A stretch of 64,000 bases of DNA from Syntrophales bacterium (GTDB lineage: Bacteria > Desulfobacterota > Syntrophia > Syntrophales > PHBD01), in NCBI GenBank assembly GCA_963668175.1, contig OY764159.1, forward strand, positions 1,632,001-1,696,000, in the 5' to 3' direction. The notes below the pieces were generated by a model. It did not search any database. It was not told the DNA's origin and saw nothing but the letters and a program-made list of their open reading frames with translations. Below are positions 51,078-61,125 of this stretch, one piece after another (position 1 is the stretch's first letter; every line of letters starts with the position of its first letter). Position numbers and translations under genes: made by a program.

Positions 51078-52454
51078 ATGTACCGCTATAAGCTACTCAT
51101 CGTCGACGACGACCGGTTGCTGCAGAATTCTCTGAACAATATCCTTTCGGAGAATTACGACGTCATGATCGCCGGCAGCGGTGAGGCCGCCCTGCAGATC
51201 CTGAAGAAACATACGGTGGATCTGATCCTGCTGGATATCAGGCTGCCCGGCATCGACGGGGTGGAGACGCTCCGCCAGATAAAAAACGGCGACAACAGTA
51301 CGGGTGTGATCATGATGACGGCTTACGAGGACATCAAGACCGTGATCACCTCGATGAAGAACGGCGCCGCGGACTATCTGGTGAAGCCCCTCGATATCGA
51401 GGAACTGGAGATCATCATCGAAAGGGCGCTGGAAAACATCCGCCTGAAGCGTGAACTGGAAGAACTCAGGAAACAGTACATCCAGGAATTCGACATCGAC
51501 CAGATCGTGGCTGAGAGCCAGGGCATCAAGAACGCCCTGAAACTGGCGAACACCATTGCCCAGAGCGACGATACGACCGCGCTGATCGAGGGCGAGACGG
51601 GAACGGGCAAGGAGGTCATAGCCCGGACGATCCACTGCAACAGCCGTCGCTTCGGGAAGCCCTTCGTTAGCATCAACTGCGGGGCGATCAGCAAGGAACT
51701 GATCGAAAGCGAACTCTTCGGCTACGAAAAAGGGACGTTCACGGGCGGCCTGCAGGAAGGTAAGAAGGGAAAGATCGAACTGGCCGAGAGCGGGACCCTT
51801 TTCCTCGACGAGATCAGCGAACTTCTCCCGTACTCGCAGGTCAACCTGCTCAGGTTCCTGGAAGAGAGGGAGTTCTACCGGGTCGGGGGGACGGAGAAGC
51901 GCAAGGTCGACGTGCGGATCATCGCCGCCACGAACAAGAGCCTGGAGGAAGGTATCGCGAAGGGCACCTTCCGGAAAGACCTCTATTACCGTCTGAACGT
52001 GGCCAAGATATTCCTGCCGCCGCTTCGGGACCGGAAGGCCGACGTCATCGCCCTCGTCCGCTTTTTCATGAACAAGTTCAACGAAAAGTTCGGCAAGAAT
52101 TTCCGCGGGGTATCCAAAGAGGCCCAGGCGCATCTCCTCAATTATCCCTGGGTGGGCAACGTCCGGGAGCTCCGTAATTGCGTCGAAAGGGTGATTCTCG
52201 TCGAGAACGACACGGAGATCCGGCCGGAACATCTCCTGTTCTTGAACCACCAGCTCGACACCCATCTGCCCGCCACTTTCGAGCCGGCATGGAGCCTTCC
52301 CCCTGCGGGGATCGACCTGGACGAACTTATCAAGAAACTGATCCTGCAGGCCCTGGAGCGGGCGCACGGCAACAAAGCCCAGGCCGCCAAACTCCTCGGC
52401 ATGTCCCGGCCGACTATGATCTACCGTATCGAAAAGTACGGCATCAAAATTTAG
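51078..52454 (+). CDS. Sigma54-dependent response regulator (NtrC family)
   Basis: Receiver, GETGTGKE, ESELFG...GTFTGG, FLDEI, DLYYRL, WVGNVREL, Fis-type HTH. Confidence 0.94.
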   Translation: MYRYKLLIVDDDRLLQNSLNNILSENYDVMIAGSGEAALQILKKHTVDLILLDIRLPGIDGVETLRQIKNGDNSTGVIMMTAYEDIKTVITSMKNGAADYLVKPLDIEELEIIIERALENIRLKRELEELRKQYIQEFDIDQIVAESQGIKNALKLANTIAQSDDTTALIEGETGTGKEVIARTIHCNSRRFGKPFVSINCGAISKELIESELFGYEKGTFTGGLQEGKKGKIELAESGTLFLDEISELLPYSQVNLLRFLEEREFYRVGGTEKRKVDVRIIAATNKSLEEGIAKGTFRKDLYYRLNVAKIFLPPLRDRKADVIALVRFFMNKFNEKFGKNFRGVSKEAQAHLLNYPWVGNVRELRNCVERVILVENDTEIRPEHLLFLNHQLDTHLPATFEPAWSLPPAGIDLDELIKKLILQALERAHGNKAQAAKLLGMSRPTMIYRIEKYGIKI

Positions 52455-52661
52455 CAGGCCGCGCCCCCTGCATGGGGGCAGTTGAAAAACGCCCATCTGC
52501 AGCGTTGCGTTTCGCCCCGCGGGTGCTCACGTACCTTGTAGTACGCTCCGCTCCGCGATGCTCGCGCGCCTTGCATATGGACATTTTTGAACAGCCTGTT
52601 CAGAATCTCGTTTTAGCAGGCCGCGCCCCCTGCATGGGGGCAGTTGAAAAACGCCCATCTG
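52450..52661. repeat. MITE-like element plus truncated second copy (50-bp perfect direct repeat, 162-bp period)
   Basis: TTTAGCAGGCCGCGCCCCCTGCATGGGGGCAGTTGAAAAACGCCCATCTG at 52450-52499 and 52612-52661; inverted end TTTTTGAACAGCCTG at 52584-52598. Confidence 0.75.
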
Positions 52662-52675
52662 TCGCACTTCAATTC

Positions 52676-53974
52676 CTATCCCTGCCGACCGCGCACTTCC
52701 TTGACAAAAAGAAAGAAGACGACGGCCGCTCCGGCCATGGCCGCATCCAGCAGGAAGGCCCAATGGTAGCTTCCAAGCGTATCCCGGACGGCGCCGCCGG
52801 CCCAGTGGGAGAGGATGGCCCCCGCGCCGTACAGGGGCGTCCAGACACCGATGACGGTGCCGATCAGCGGCCGCGGAAAATAGTCGCCGGCGCAGGCGCC
52901 GTAGATAGGGAATGTTGCGCCGTAGACGATCGCCAGGGCGCCCACCAGACAGGGGAGTACAATCGTTCCCGTACCGGCGGCGACGATCAGAAAGAGGACG
53001 ATGGCGAGAAATACGTTTGCACAGAGGATAGTTCGCCTCCGGCCCAGGCGGTCCGAGAGGGGCAGAATCGTGAGGACTCCCAGAACCTGAAAGATGCCGT
53101 GAATCGTGGCGAGAAAGCTTGCCGCTCCGAGGGAGAGGCCGGCTTCGCTGCGGGCGTAATCGACCATGAAGGTCGTAAATCCGTAAAGGGCGAAGGCGAC
53201 CGAGAAGTAGGAGCCGCCTATCCACCAGAAGATCGGGTTCCGGAGAACGGCCGTAAATGGTCCGGCGGAGGCCGGACCGGATGAAGGCGGCGGGACTGCG
53301 GCACAGCCGTCCTTATCTCCCCAGGGGACCGTGCCCGAGGATTCGGGAGTGTTCCGAAGGACCGCGGCGTTGACGGCGACCAGGGCAAGGGCAGCTCCTC
53401 CCAGGGCGAGCCATGTCCAGCGCCAGTCGTAATGGGCCGCGACGAAGGGAAAGATGGCGCCGACGGCGGCAAAGCCCAGCCCGTATCCTGTGCCGAGAAT
53501 ACCGAGGGCGAGGCCGCGGCGACGCGGGGAAAACCACCGCTGGATCACGGCCAGGACCGGGGTCCAGATGCCTGCGGCCCCGGCTCCCGCGAGGGCATAC
53601 GCCAGGCACGCCTCACCGAGGCCCGACGCTTTCGACAGGAGCAGAACACCGGAGCCCAGGACGGCAAGACAGACGGGGATGACAAGCCGGACGCCGATGC
53701 GGTCGGCGAGGAATCCGGCGACGGGTGCGAGGCAGATATACGCGCCGAGATAGGCATTGTAGATCGTGCCGCCGGCGGTGCGGGAGAGGCCCATGTCGCG
53801 GATCATCTCCGGCAGGACAACGCCGTAGCCCAGGCGGACCGAGTAATTGATGAAGATGTCCAGAAAGCCGGCGCCCAGGATGATCCAGGCCCAGTGCAGG
53901 ACTCTTCCCTGAGTCGATCGGGATGGCATGCGTTTTTGGAATGAGAGTATATGAGGTGCCGGCCGGGTTGTCAA
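52676..53974 (-). CDS. MFS transporter
   Basis: GFLADRIG, RWFSPRRRGLALG, LSDRLGRR; start uncertain. Confidence 0.88.
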   Translation of the reverse strand: MTTRPAPHILSFQKRMPSRSTQGRVLHWAWIILGAGFLDIFINYSVRLGYGVVLPEMIRDMGLSRTAGGTIYNAYLGAYICLAPVAGFLADRIGVRLVIPVCLAVLGSGVLLLSKASGLGEACLAYALAGAGAAGIWTPVLAVIQRWFSPRRRGLALGILGTGYGLGFAAVGAIFPFVAAHYDWRWTWLALGGAALALVAVNAAVLRNTPESSGTVPWGDKDGCAAVPPPSSGPASAGPFTAVLRNPIFWWIGGSYFSVAFALYGFTTFMVDYARSEAGLSLGAASFLATIHGIFQVLGVLTILPLSDRLGRRRTILCANVFLAIVLFLIVAAGTGTIVLPCLVGALAIVYGATFPIYGACAGDYFPRPLIGTVIGVWTPLYGAGAILSHWAGGAVRDTLGSYHWAFLLDAAMAGAAVVFFLFVKEVRGRQG

Positions 53975-54070
53975 TGGGCGATATGCCGGTCGCCGTTCCT
54001 CGGCAGGAGGGGAGAGGCCTCCGGCCGAAAGGCGGCCGAAGGCGATATTTCCCCGCCCCCCGATTCGTTC

Positions 54071-54490
54071 TTACTGTTTTTTGGCCTTGTTCGGCAGCTT
54101 CATGTCGAACCTGGCGTGGCAGTCGAGACAGTAAACCTTGGACGGCGAATGCTCGTGATGGCAGACCGTGCAGGCGATGTCCCCCAGGTGGGATTTGTGG
54201 GGGTTGCGGTCGGGAAAATCCTTCGGCGTGGAATTTTTAACGAGCTTTTCCATGGGACCGTGGCAGGCGAGGCAGCGCTGGTTCTCCACTTCCGCGTCGG
54301 CCGCGGGAACGGACTTCCCGTGGCAGTTGGCGCAGGCGATGCCGCCTTGCATATGGGGCCCCGCGGCAACCTGGGGCGCTTTGGCAGTCTTCGGCTCTTT
54401 TTTCGCCGCCATAGCGGTGAGATGGCCCGCGGCCAGGCAGATTGCGACCGCCCAAAGGGCGATCCATACGGGTGCGAATTTTCGTTTCAT
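54071..54490 (-). CDS. Small periplasmic tetraheme cytochrome c
   Basis: Sec signal; four CxxCH motifs (CANCH, CLACH, CTVCH, CLDCH); NPH.SH. Confidence 0.9.
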   Translation of the reverse strand: MKRKFAPVWIALWAVAICLAAGHLTAMAAKKEPKTAKAPQVAAGPHMQGGIACANCHGKSVPAADAEVENQRCLACHGPMEKLVKNSTPKDFPDRNPHKSHLGDIACTVCHHEHSPSKVYCLDCHARFDMKLPNKAKKQ

Positions 54491-54680
54491 CGTTATCTCC
54501 CTTGTGTAAAGAAAAGGCCCGTGAATCCGGCCCATTCACGGACCCTGTATAAAACCGGACGACAGGGACGACGCCGGCGTCGGCCGGGGGTCAATTGAAG
54601 CCCGGACCGGCGCCGACGGTCCCATTCCTGTGGAGACTCCTCCCGCGGACCGCCTCCGGCCCGCAGAAGGAGCATTTCCT

Positions 54681-56291
54681 CTATTTCCAGATTTTCTCCG
54701 TGGCGGCGAACTTTCCCGCCTGGCGTCCGAAGACGATCAGGTCGCAGATGGCCGTCCCGCTGCCGGGATACCTGCCGCCGAAAACGCCGATGGCATCGCG
54801 GCCCGCCGCATAGAGGCGCGGAATGACCTCGTCGAAGGCGTTGAGCACCTGGGCCTTGGTGTTGATGTTGAGCCCGCCGTCGTGGGCGATCATGCCCACG
54901 CGGACGGTGAAGCCGTAGTAGGGAGGCGTCCTCAGGGGGGCCAGGGCTTTCTTCCTGCCGAACTGGCTGTCCTTTCCCGCTTCGGCGTCCTTGTTGTAGT
55001 AGGCGATGGTCTTCTCCACGGCCGCCGTATCGAGACCCATTTTTGTCGCCAATTCGGCGATAGTGTCGGCCTTCCAGAGGTCGCCCGCCGCGGCCTGCTT
55101 GTCGATGTTGTTGGGATTGAGACCGATGGCGATGGTCATTTCGGGTGTGATCCCCCGGGCTTTCCCCGTTTCGGCGATCTCCAGGGCCTTCTTGACGCTG
55201 GTGGAATCCAGGATGCAGTAGGCCGTCGTCGCCTTGTTGGTGATCATCGCCTCGCAGACGAGGACGTAGTAAGTGCCTTCGTCGACGAAGCGCGTGCCGT
55301 CCTTCTTGACATAGATGTTGGGAATTCCCCAAATGTTTGCATAGACGATACTCGCCATCCGCTGGCCGGGGAACATGGTCGAGGGCAGCGGGCAGATCGT
55401 GTTCAGGCCCTTCATGGCGCCGCCGCAGTAGATGCCGATTTTGTAACCGTCTCCCGTGGCGTTGATGTCGCCGGTGGGGATGGTGTCGGCGAGATCGGGC
55501 GAATAGTCCCGAAGCCAGGGAATGCACCCGGGGCTGGACACGATGCCGCCGGTGGCGAGCACGACGGCCTTGCGGGCCCGGACGTTGATTTCCTTGCCGC
55601 GCCTCACAACCTTGACGCCGACGACCTCGTAGCCGCCGTCCGCCTTCGACGGCCGGACGATGGGGCGCGTCACCTGGGCGCCGAGGACGGTCTTGATGTT
55701 CTTCTCGGCCTTCACGGTATTCATCATGACGTTGAACAGATCGCGGCCGCCTCCCTTCACGCGGTGCCCCCGTTTCATGGGCGGGGTGATCGCCGTGTAT
55801 TCCGGCAGAAACTCCATGCCGCTCATGGCGAGGAGTCCTACGGGAAATTCGGCCCCCATGCTCCTGATCCATTCGATGTTCTCGTTCGACATCTCCGCCG
55901 CGAGCTTCACAAGCTCCGGTTTCGCCCCGCCCTTCCCGCAGGCCATGATATATTTGTACATGGCCTCGGGGGAGTCTGAAAGCCCCGCTTCCTTCTGTGT
56001 GCTCGTTCCCGAAGCGTAGATGATGCCGCCCGATATCTTCGTCGAGCCGCCCGGCACCTCCGATTTATCGAAGATGAGGACCGACGACCCTGCCCGCGCC
56101 GCTTCGATGGCGGCGCAGGCCCCGGCGCCCCCGTATCCGGCGACGACGACGTCGGCCTCCATGTCCCATTTCTTCGGTATCGGCGCTGCGTGCGAATCCT
56201 TCATGCCCATTCCTGCCATGGCCAGGGCACCCGTGCCGATGGCCGCTCCTTTCATGAATCCCCTGCGGGACAACTTTCCTTCTTCCGGCAT
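54681..56291 (-). CDS. Tat-exported FAD-binding flavoprotein (flavocytochrome c/fumarate reductase superfamily)
   Basis: SRRGFMK twin-arginine signal; GYGGAG; LATGG; TGDG; G.RFVDE; LYAAG. Confidence 0.9.
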   Translation of the reverse strand: MPEEGKLSRRGFMKGAAIGTGALAMAGMGMKDSHAAPIPKKWDMEADVVVAGYGGAGACAAIEAARAGSSVLIFDKSEVPGGSTKISGGIIYASGTSTQKEAGLSDSPEAMYKYIMACGKGGAKPELVKLAAEMSNENIEWIRSMGAEFPVGLLAMSGMEFLPEYTAITPPMKRGHRVKGGGRDLFNVMMNTVKAEKNIKTVLGAQVTRPIVRPSKADGGYEVVGVKVVRRGKEINVRARKAVVLATGGIVSSPGCIPWLRDYSPDLADTIPTGDINATGDGYKIGIYCGGAMKGLNTICPLPSTMFPGQRMASIVYANIWGIPNIYVKKDGTRFVDEGTYYVLVCEAMITNKATTAYCILDSTSVKKALEIAETGKARGITPEMTIAIGLNPNNIDKQAAAGDLWKADTIAELATKMGLDTAAVEKTIAYYNKDAEAGKDSQFGRKKALAPLRTPPYYGFTVRVGMIAHDGGLNINTKAQVLNAFDEVIPRLYAAGRDAIGVFGGRYPGSGTAICDLIVFGRQAGKFAATEKIWK

Positions 56292-56469
56292 TGCCAATCT
56301 CTCCTTCCTCTCTTTTCTCTTACGTCATAAGTCGGCGGCAATATACCAGCGACATAAGGCCGCCGCGGCCTGACACGGTCGCCTGGGCGACGGTTCAGCT
56401 TTGGGTTTTGTACGGTTAAAAGGCGGGAAAGACAATGACAAGAAATCTTACGTTGATCTTAAAAAATAT

Positions 56470-57759
56470 TTAAGATTCGCCGTAGGACGCAAGGAAAGAC
56501 CGGAGGTTCTGCGTTTTGCTGAGGCCGATCTTCTTCCGGATGTGGTGGCGGTAGACGTTGACGGCGTTTTCCGAGACGTTCACGATTTCGGAAATCTCCT
56601 TCGTTGTTTTGCCCTCCCGGATGAGGCTTGCAACCTGAATCTCCTTATTGGTCAGGTCCAGGTGGTTCACGGTGAGCTTGTGGGCGAAGGGCGAGATGAT
56701 GTCCCGCAGGTTGGATTCGACGACCTTGAGATAGGAGCGGCCCCTTTCGCCCGTCTGGTTCTGCAATTTCTCCAGGTAGGGAAGGACGAGCTGCTTGATG
56801 TTTGCGAGGATCTTGTCCTCCATCTCGCCGCGATCGCCGTCGCGCTGCTTCAGGAGGACCCTGAGGGCCGTGTTCAGATCCTGCAATTCCCCCGCCTTGA
56901 TCTCCAGTTCTTTTTCCTTCCGCCTCAATTCGGTGATGTCCCGGATCGATTCGAGAGCCCCGACGACGTTGCCGTCGCTGTCGTAGAGAGGGCTGGCCTT
57001 GCACCATAGGCAGACCTTCTTCCCTTTCAGGCGGCCGACCCATTCCATGCGCAGGAGGGTTTTGTGTTCCCGGACGACGGAAAATTCCCTTTCGCCCCTG
57101 GCGTCGGGGGCAAGCACGAAGTCGATCAGGATCGGCCGGCGGTTTCCGCAGAAGGGCACGACGTAACTGTAATTCCCCTGTCCCATCATCTCACTCGCCG
57201 GAACACCCGTCATTTCCTCGATCGCCCGGTTCCAGGCGATGACCTTCCCGTCGAGGTCGATCGCCAGTGTGGCGTCCGGGAGGAAGTCGATGACGTCCAT
57301 CCAGCGATGTTCCGATTCCCGGAGGGCCACCTCCGCCTGCTTGCCGGCGGTTACATCGCGGCAGCCGACGACCAGGCCGCCGTTTCCGCCGTTTTCCCGG
57401 ACGGTTTTTCCCGAACAATAGAGCCAGACATAGCGGCCGTCGGCGTGGCGGAAGCGGAAGGATTCGCCCTGCTGTCCGGTCTTGAGGGCCTCCGCGAAGG
57501 ACGCCTTCATCCGTTTGCGGTCCTTTGGGTGCACGTGGTCGGTGACTTCGCGGCCGACGATATGGTCGGCATCGTAGCCGAGAATGCCTTTGATGGAGGG
57601 GGTCACGTACTGGAAAATGCCGTCCCTGTCGAGGAGGGCAACGATATCGACCATGTTGTCGAAGATGACCTTTTGCAGGGCTGCCGCCGTCGCGCCTCGA
57701 TCGGCGGTTCTGCGGCACGGGGATTGAGACGGAGTTTTTTTCTGAATTTGCTTTTTCAT
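56470..57759 (-). CDS. PAS-PAS-LuxR transcriptional regulator
   Basis: Two PAS domains; LTNKEIQVASLIREGKTTKEIS...IRKKIGL; start uncertain. Confidence 0.88.
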   Translation of the reverse strand: MKKQIQKKTPSQSPCRRTADRGATAAALQKVIFDNMVDIVALLDRDGIFQYVTPSIKGILGYDADHIVGREVTDHVHPKDRKRMKASFAEALKTGQQGESFRFRHADGRYVWLYCSGKTVRENGGNGGLVVGCRDVTAGKQAEVALRESEHRWMDVIDFLPDATLAIDLDGKVIAWNRAIEEMTGVPASEMMGQGNYSYVVPFCGNRRPILIDFVLAPDARGEREFSVVREHKTLLRMEWVGRLKGKKVCLWCKASPLYDSDGNVVGALESIRDITELRRKEKELEIKAGELQDLNTALRVLLKQRDGDRGEMEDKILANIKQLVLPYLEKLQNQTGERGRSYLKVVESNLRDIISPFAHKLTVNHLDLTNKEIQVASLIREGKTTKEISEIVNVSENAVNVYRHHIRKKIGLSKTQNLRSFLASYGES

Positions 57760-57915
57760 GACGGCTGCATGCGGCAAAGGGGCTCTGCCCGTTTGTTATT
57801 TCAGAGGGTGGAGTATAGAAAAGCCGCCGCGCCGTGTCAACGGAATTATGGCTGCTCTGTCGGAAGGTCGCGCGGAGTGGCTGTTACGCCGGGCCGGCTG
57901 CAGCAGTTCGTGCGG

Positions 57916-58545
57916 TTAACGGACGGTGATCTCCACACGGCGGTTTCGCGGTTCGGAGACGCCGTCGGCCGTCGGGACCAGGGGGTTTCCCTTTCCATGG
58001 TAGGTGATTTCGATGCTGTCGCGGGGGATGCCCTTCGAGAGCAGGACGTTCGCCACGGACTTCGCGCGGCGCAGGGAAAGCATCCGGTTGTAGTCGTCCG
58101 AGCCCACGCTGTCCGTATGGCCGCTGACGATGATGTCCGTCGATTTCCGGACCCTGACGGCTTCCAGGACATCCGGCAGCAGGCGGAGGGATTCGGGCGT
58201 CAGGTCGGCGCTTCCCGACTTGAACTGCATGACGAAGGTCGCCGGGGCCATGGGCTCAGCTTCCAGGGCCTGCCGGACGGCCGTCCGGGCCTGCTGTTCG
58301 CCGATCACTTTAGGCTTCCCCTGGGCTCCGGTCAGCGCGGAGGTTTCCGTCGATTGCCAGGCCTGATCCAGCGTTTGCGATCCTTTTTTGTCGGTGACTT
58401 CGAGGCTGCCGACCTTGCCGTCGGGATTGGGGAGGAGGATGACTTGCGTCGTCGGACCGCAGGCGGCTACGATGAGGGAAGCGAGAATGGAAAAGGTTAC
58501 GGCCTTCAGCGGCTTCAGGCATGATCGCGTAGTCCCCGCGGCCAT
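57916..58545 (-). CDS. OmpA-family peptidoglycan-binding lipoprotein
   Basis: VAAC lipobox; GHTDSVG...N..LS.RRA; NRRVEI. Confidence 0.9.
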   Translation of the reverse strand: MAAGTTRSCLKPLKAVTFSILASLIVAACGPTTQVILLPNPDGKVGSLEVTDKKGSQTLDQAWQSTETSALTGAQGKPKVIGEQQARTAVRQALEAEPMAPATFVMQFKSGSADLTPESLRLLPDVLEAVRVRKSTDIIVSGHTDSVGSDDYNRMLSLRRAKSVANVLLSKGIPRDSIEITYHGKGNPLVPTADGVSEPRNRRVEITVR

Positions 58546-58546
58546 G

Positions 58547-59083
58547 TTATTCCCCGGCTTTCTTGCCCCGGACCTTGTCCCACAGACCCTTGAGCGTCGA
58601 TTTGTCTTCGCCCTTCGCCGGAGCGGCGTCGTCCTCGTCGGGGGCGTCGACCTTGATGGCGAAGTGCGTTCCCCTGATGCCGCAGACGGCCGTGGGCGTC
58701 TCGAAGCTGACCCCTTTTCGGTTGAGCTTGGCGATGAGTCCGGTGAGATAGGCGATCGTTCCGCGCCGGATTTTCGCCACGAAGGAGAGCTTTTCTTCCG
58801 CCGGATCGAAGGCAAACTGCGACAGGACCACCCGCGAATTGGGTCCCAGGGACAGGACGCTGTTGTCCTGGAGGATGATCCCCATCGATCCGTCGGCCCT
58901 GGTGATCAGGGTGTCGCTGACTTGCAGTTTTTCGTTTGCCCTGGCGGGGATCATCTGCGCCTGGCGTTTTATGAAGGCCTGGCCGGAAACGTTTTTGATA
59001 AAACCGACCTTGGCCTCCACCGCCGCGGCAGGACCCGTATACAGGATCGCCGCCAGGCAAACCAGTATGGTCAAATTTTTCAC
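58547..59083 (-). CDS. Secreted FecR-domain protein
   Basis: Signal peptide; D.S.LSLGPNS, ETPTAVCGIRGTHF; GTG start inferred. Confidence 0.82.
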   Translation of the reverse strand: MKNLTILVCLAAILYTGPAAAVEAKVGFIKNVSGQAFIKRQAQMIPARANEKLQVSDTLITRADGSMGIILQDNSVLSLGPNSRVVLSQFAFDPAEEKLSFVAKIRRGTIAYLTGLIAKLNRKGVSFETPTAVCGIRGTHFAIKVDAPDEDDAAPAKGEDKSTLKGLWDKVRGKKAGE

Positions 59084-59156
59084 GGATTCACCTTTGGAAT
59101 GGACGAAGTGTAATATATTCGCAGATAAATGCAATATCTTTTTGTCGTCAGGTCGT

Positions 59157-60611
59157 CTACAGCCAGGGGAACCTGACCATCAGGCGGTAGATGCGATCGA
59201 AGGTCCCGCCGTAGGGCGGCGCCAGAAGGGCGCTCGCGGGGAAGGGCGCCTGTTTGAAGACCGGGCGGAGCTTCGAACATTCCAGGAAGCCCTCGTAGCC
59301 GTGGTAATGGCCCATGCCGCTGTTGCCGACGCCTCCGAAGGGGAGGTCGTGCTGGGCCACTTGCATCGCGCAGTCGTTGATGCAGACGCCGCCCGACATG
59401 GTCCGGGCGATGACGCTCTCCTGGACGGTGTGGTTGCCGGTGAAGAGGTAGAGGGCCAGGGGCCTGGGGCGGCTGTTGACATAGGCGACTGCTTCGTCAA
59501 TGTTCCGGTAGGTCTTGATCGGCAGGACCGGACCGAATATTTCCTCCTGCATCAGCGTCATGGCGTCATCGACATGGAGAGCCAGCATGGGCGGTATTTT
59601 CCGCGATGCCACATCGGGGACGGCGCCGGGAAGGAGATCGACGATCTCGGCCCCCTTGGCGCGGGCGTCGTCGATGGCCGCCGTAAGCCGCGCAAAGGAT
59701 TTGGCGTCGATGATGGACGTGTAGTCGGCCGTATCGAGCCGCGGATATCGCCTGGGAACCAGGTTACGGGCCCTGGCGACGAAGGCCTCTGCTTTGTCTT
59801 CGGGGAGAAAGATATAGTCGGGGGCGACGCAGGTTTGTCCTGCGTTCATGTATTTCACGTAGAGGATACGTTCCGCCGCCTTGCCGATGTCGAAGTCGGC
59901 CGCGACGATCGCCGGCGACTTGCCGCCCAACTCCAGGGTGACCGGCGTCAGATGCTCCGCGGCGGTCTTCATGACGGTCTTCCCCGAACCGGGCGACCCG
60001 GTGAAAATCAGGTGGTCGAAGGGCAGCGCGGTGAATTCCCCGGCGGCGATACCCGGCAGGAAGGCCACGAGATCTTCGGGGATGACTTGGGAGACCAGGC
60101 GCTGCAGGAGGCGGCAGAGTCCCTGGGAGTTGGCCGCCATCTTGATCATGCACCGGTTCCCCGCCGCAAGGGCGGATGTCAGCGGGCAGACAGCGAGCTG
60201 CAGGGGATAATTCCACGGTGAGACGATGCCCACCACGCCTTTCGGCTGGGGGATGACGCGGTTTCCCGCTCCCATGAACCAGAGCGACACATGCCGGTGC
60301 TGCGGCCTTGCCCATGCCGCCAGGCGGCGGCGCGCGTCGGCGAGTCCCGACAGGACGGGAAAGATTTCCAGGAGTCTCGTTTCGTGAAGGCTGCGGTTGC
60401 CGAAGTCGCGGCAAACGGCATCGGCGATCTCCGCCTCGTTCTCGGCGATGGCCGTCTCCAAGGCGAGAAGTGTCCGGCGCCTTGCGTCCAGGGAGAGATA
60501 AGGATTGTCCAGGTACGACGCCCGTTGTTTCGTGAAAACGTCTTGCGCCTGATTTCGCCCCTCATTCATAGCCGGGGACCGATCCAAAGGAACCGTTACC
60601 GTCTCGTCCAT
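59157..60611 (-). CDS. Aldehyde dehydrogenase (coniferyl-aldehyde DH/ALDH3-like)
   Basis: PWNYP, FTGS, LELGGKSP, NAGQTCVAPDY, EEIFGP, PFGGVG.SGMG.YHG. Confidence 0.9.
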   Translation of the reverse strand: MDETVTVPLDRSPAMNEGRNQAQDVFTKQRASYLDNPYLSLDARRRTLLALETAIAENEAEIADAVCRDFGNRSLHETRLLEIFPVLSGLADARRRLAAWARPQHRHVSLWFMGAGNRVIPQPKGVVGIVSPWNYPLQLAVCPLTSALAAGNRCMIKMAANSQGLCRLLQRLVSQVIPEDLVAFLPGIAAGEFTALPFDHLIFTGSPGSGKTVMKTAAEHLTPVTLELGGKSPAIVAADFDIGKAAERILYVKYMNAGQTCVAPDYIFLPEDKAEAFVARARNLVPRRYPRLDTADYTSIIDAKSFARLTAAIDDARAKGAEIVDLLPGAVPDVASRKIPPMLALHVDDAMTLMQEEIFGPVLPIKTYRNIDEAVAYVNSRPRPLALYLFTGNHTVQESVIARTMSGGVCINDCAMQVAQHDLPFGGVGNSGMGHYHGYEGFLECSKLRPVFKQAPFPASALLAPPYGGTFDRIYRLMVRFPWL

Positions 60612-61125
60612 CCTGGCACCTCCCGCTGTCTTTCGCTGGGGGCACGCGTTCCGTCTTGAACCGTTCGCGCCGTGTGCCGGCCCGGAAACCGATTCCCTCC
60701 GGGGCACCGCTTTCCGTGACCGCTCCCCCCCTGCACGGTACGGCGTCCTTCCCTGTTCCTTGAGTCTTGCGATGTTACCAGTATAAGAAGGCCGTTTGAA
60801 TATGTCAAATAAAACATAATATGTCAGGAACGAACGGACGAACGGATCGCCTGTGTCGAACGCCACGGCCGGCGAAACAGGAAAAAGCTATAATTATTGA
60901 ATATATACAATATAAGACCGGAAAGGCGCGTCCGGCTTTGTGTTGCGGGAATGAACGTTCGCTCATGTAGGAACTACAGAGCTTATAGCGATTGATCTTT
61001 TATAAAATATTCAATATAATGCCGGAAAGTGGTTTCCCGCTTGAAAACGTGCCGGTAAGGCCCGGAAGAAAGCCTTGTGCGGTTTCGGCGGGAATCCTAC
61101 GCGAAATAGATCAAGGAGGTTTTGG

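Noticed and set aside
52450..52661. Possible mini CRISPR array
   Set aside because: Only two 50-bp copies with a 112-bp spacer, transposon-like ends and no cas genes.
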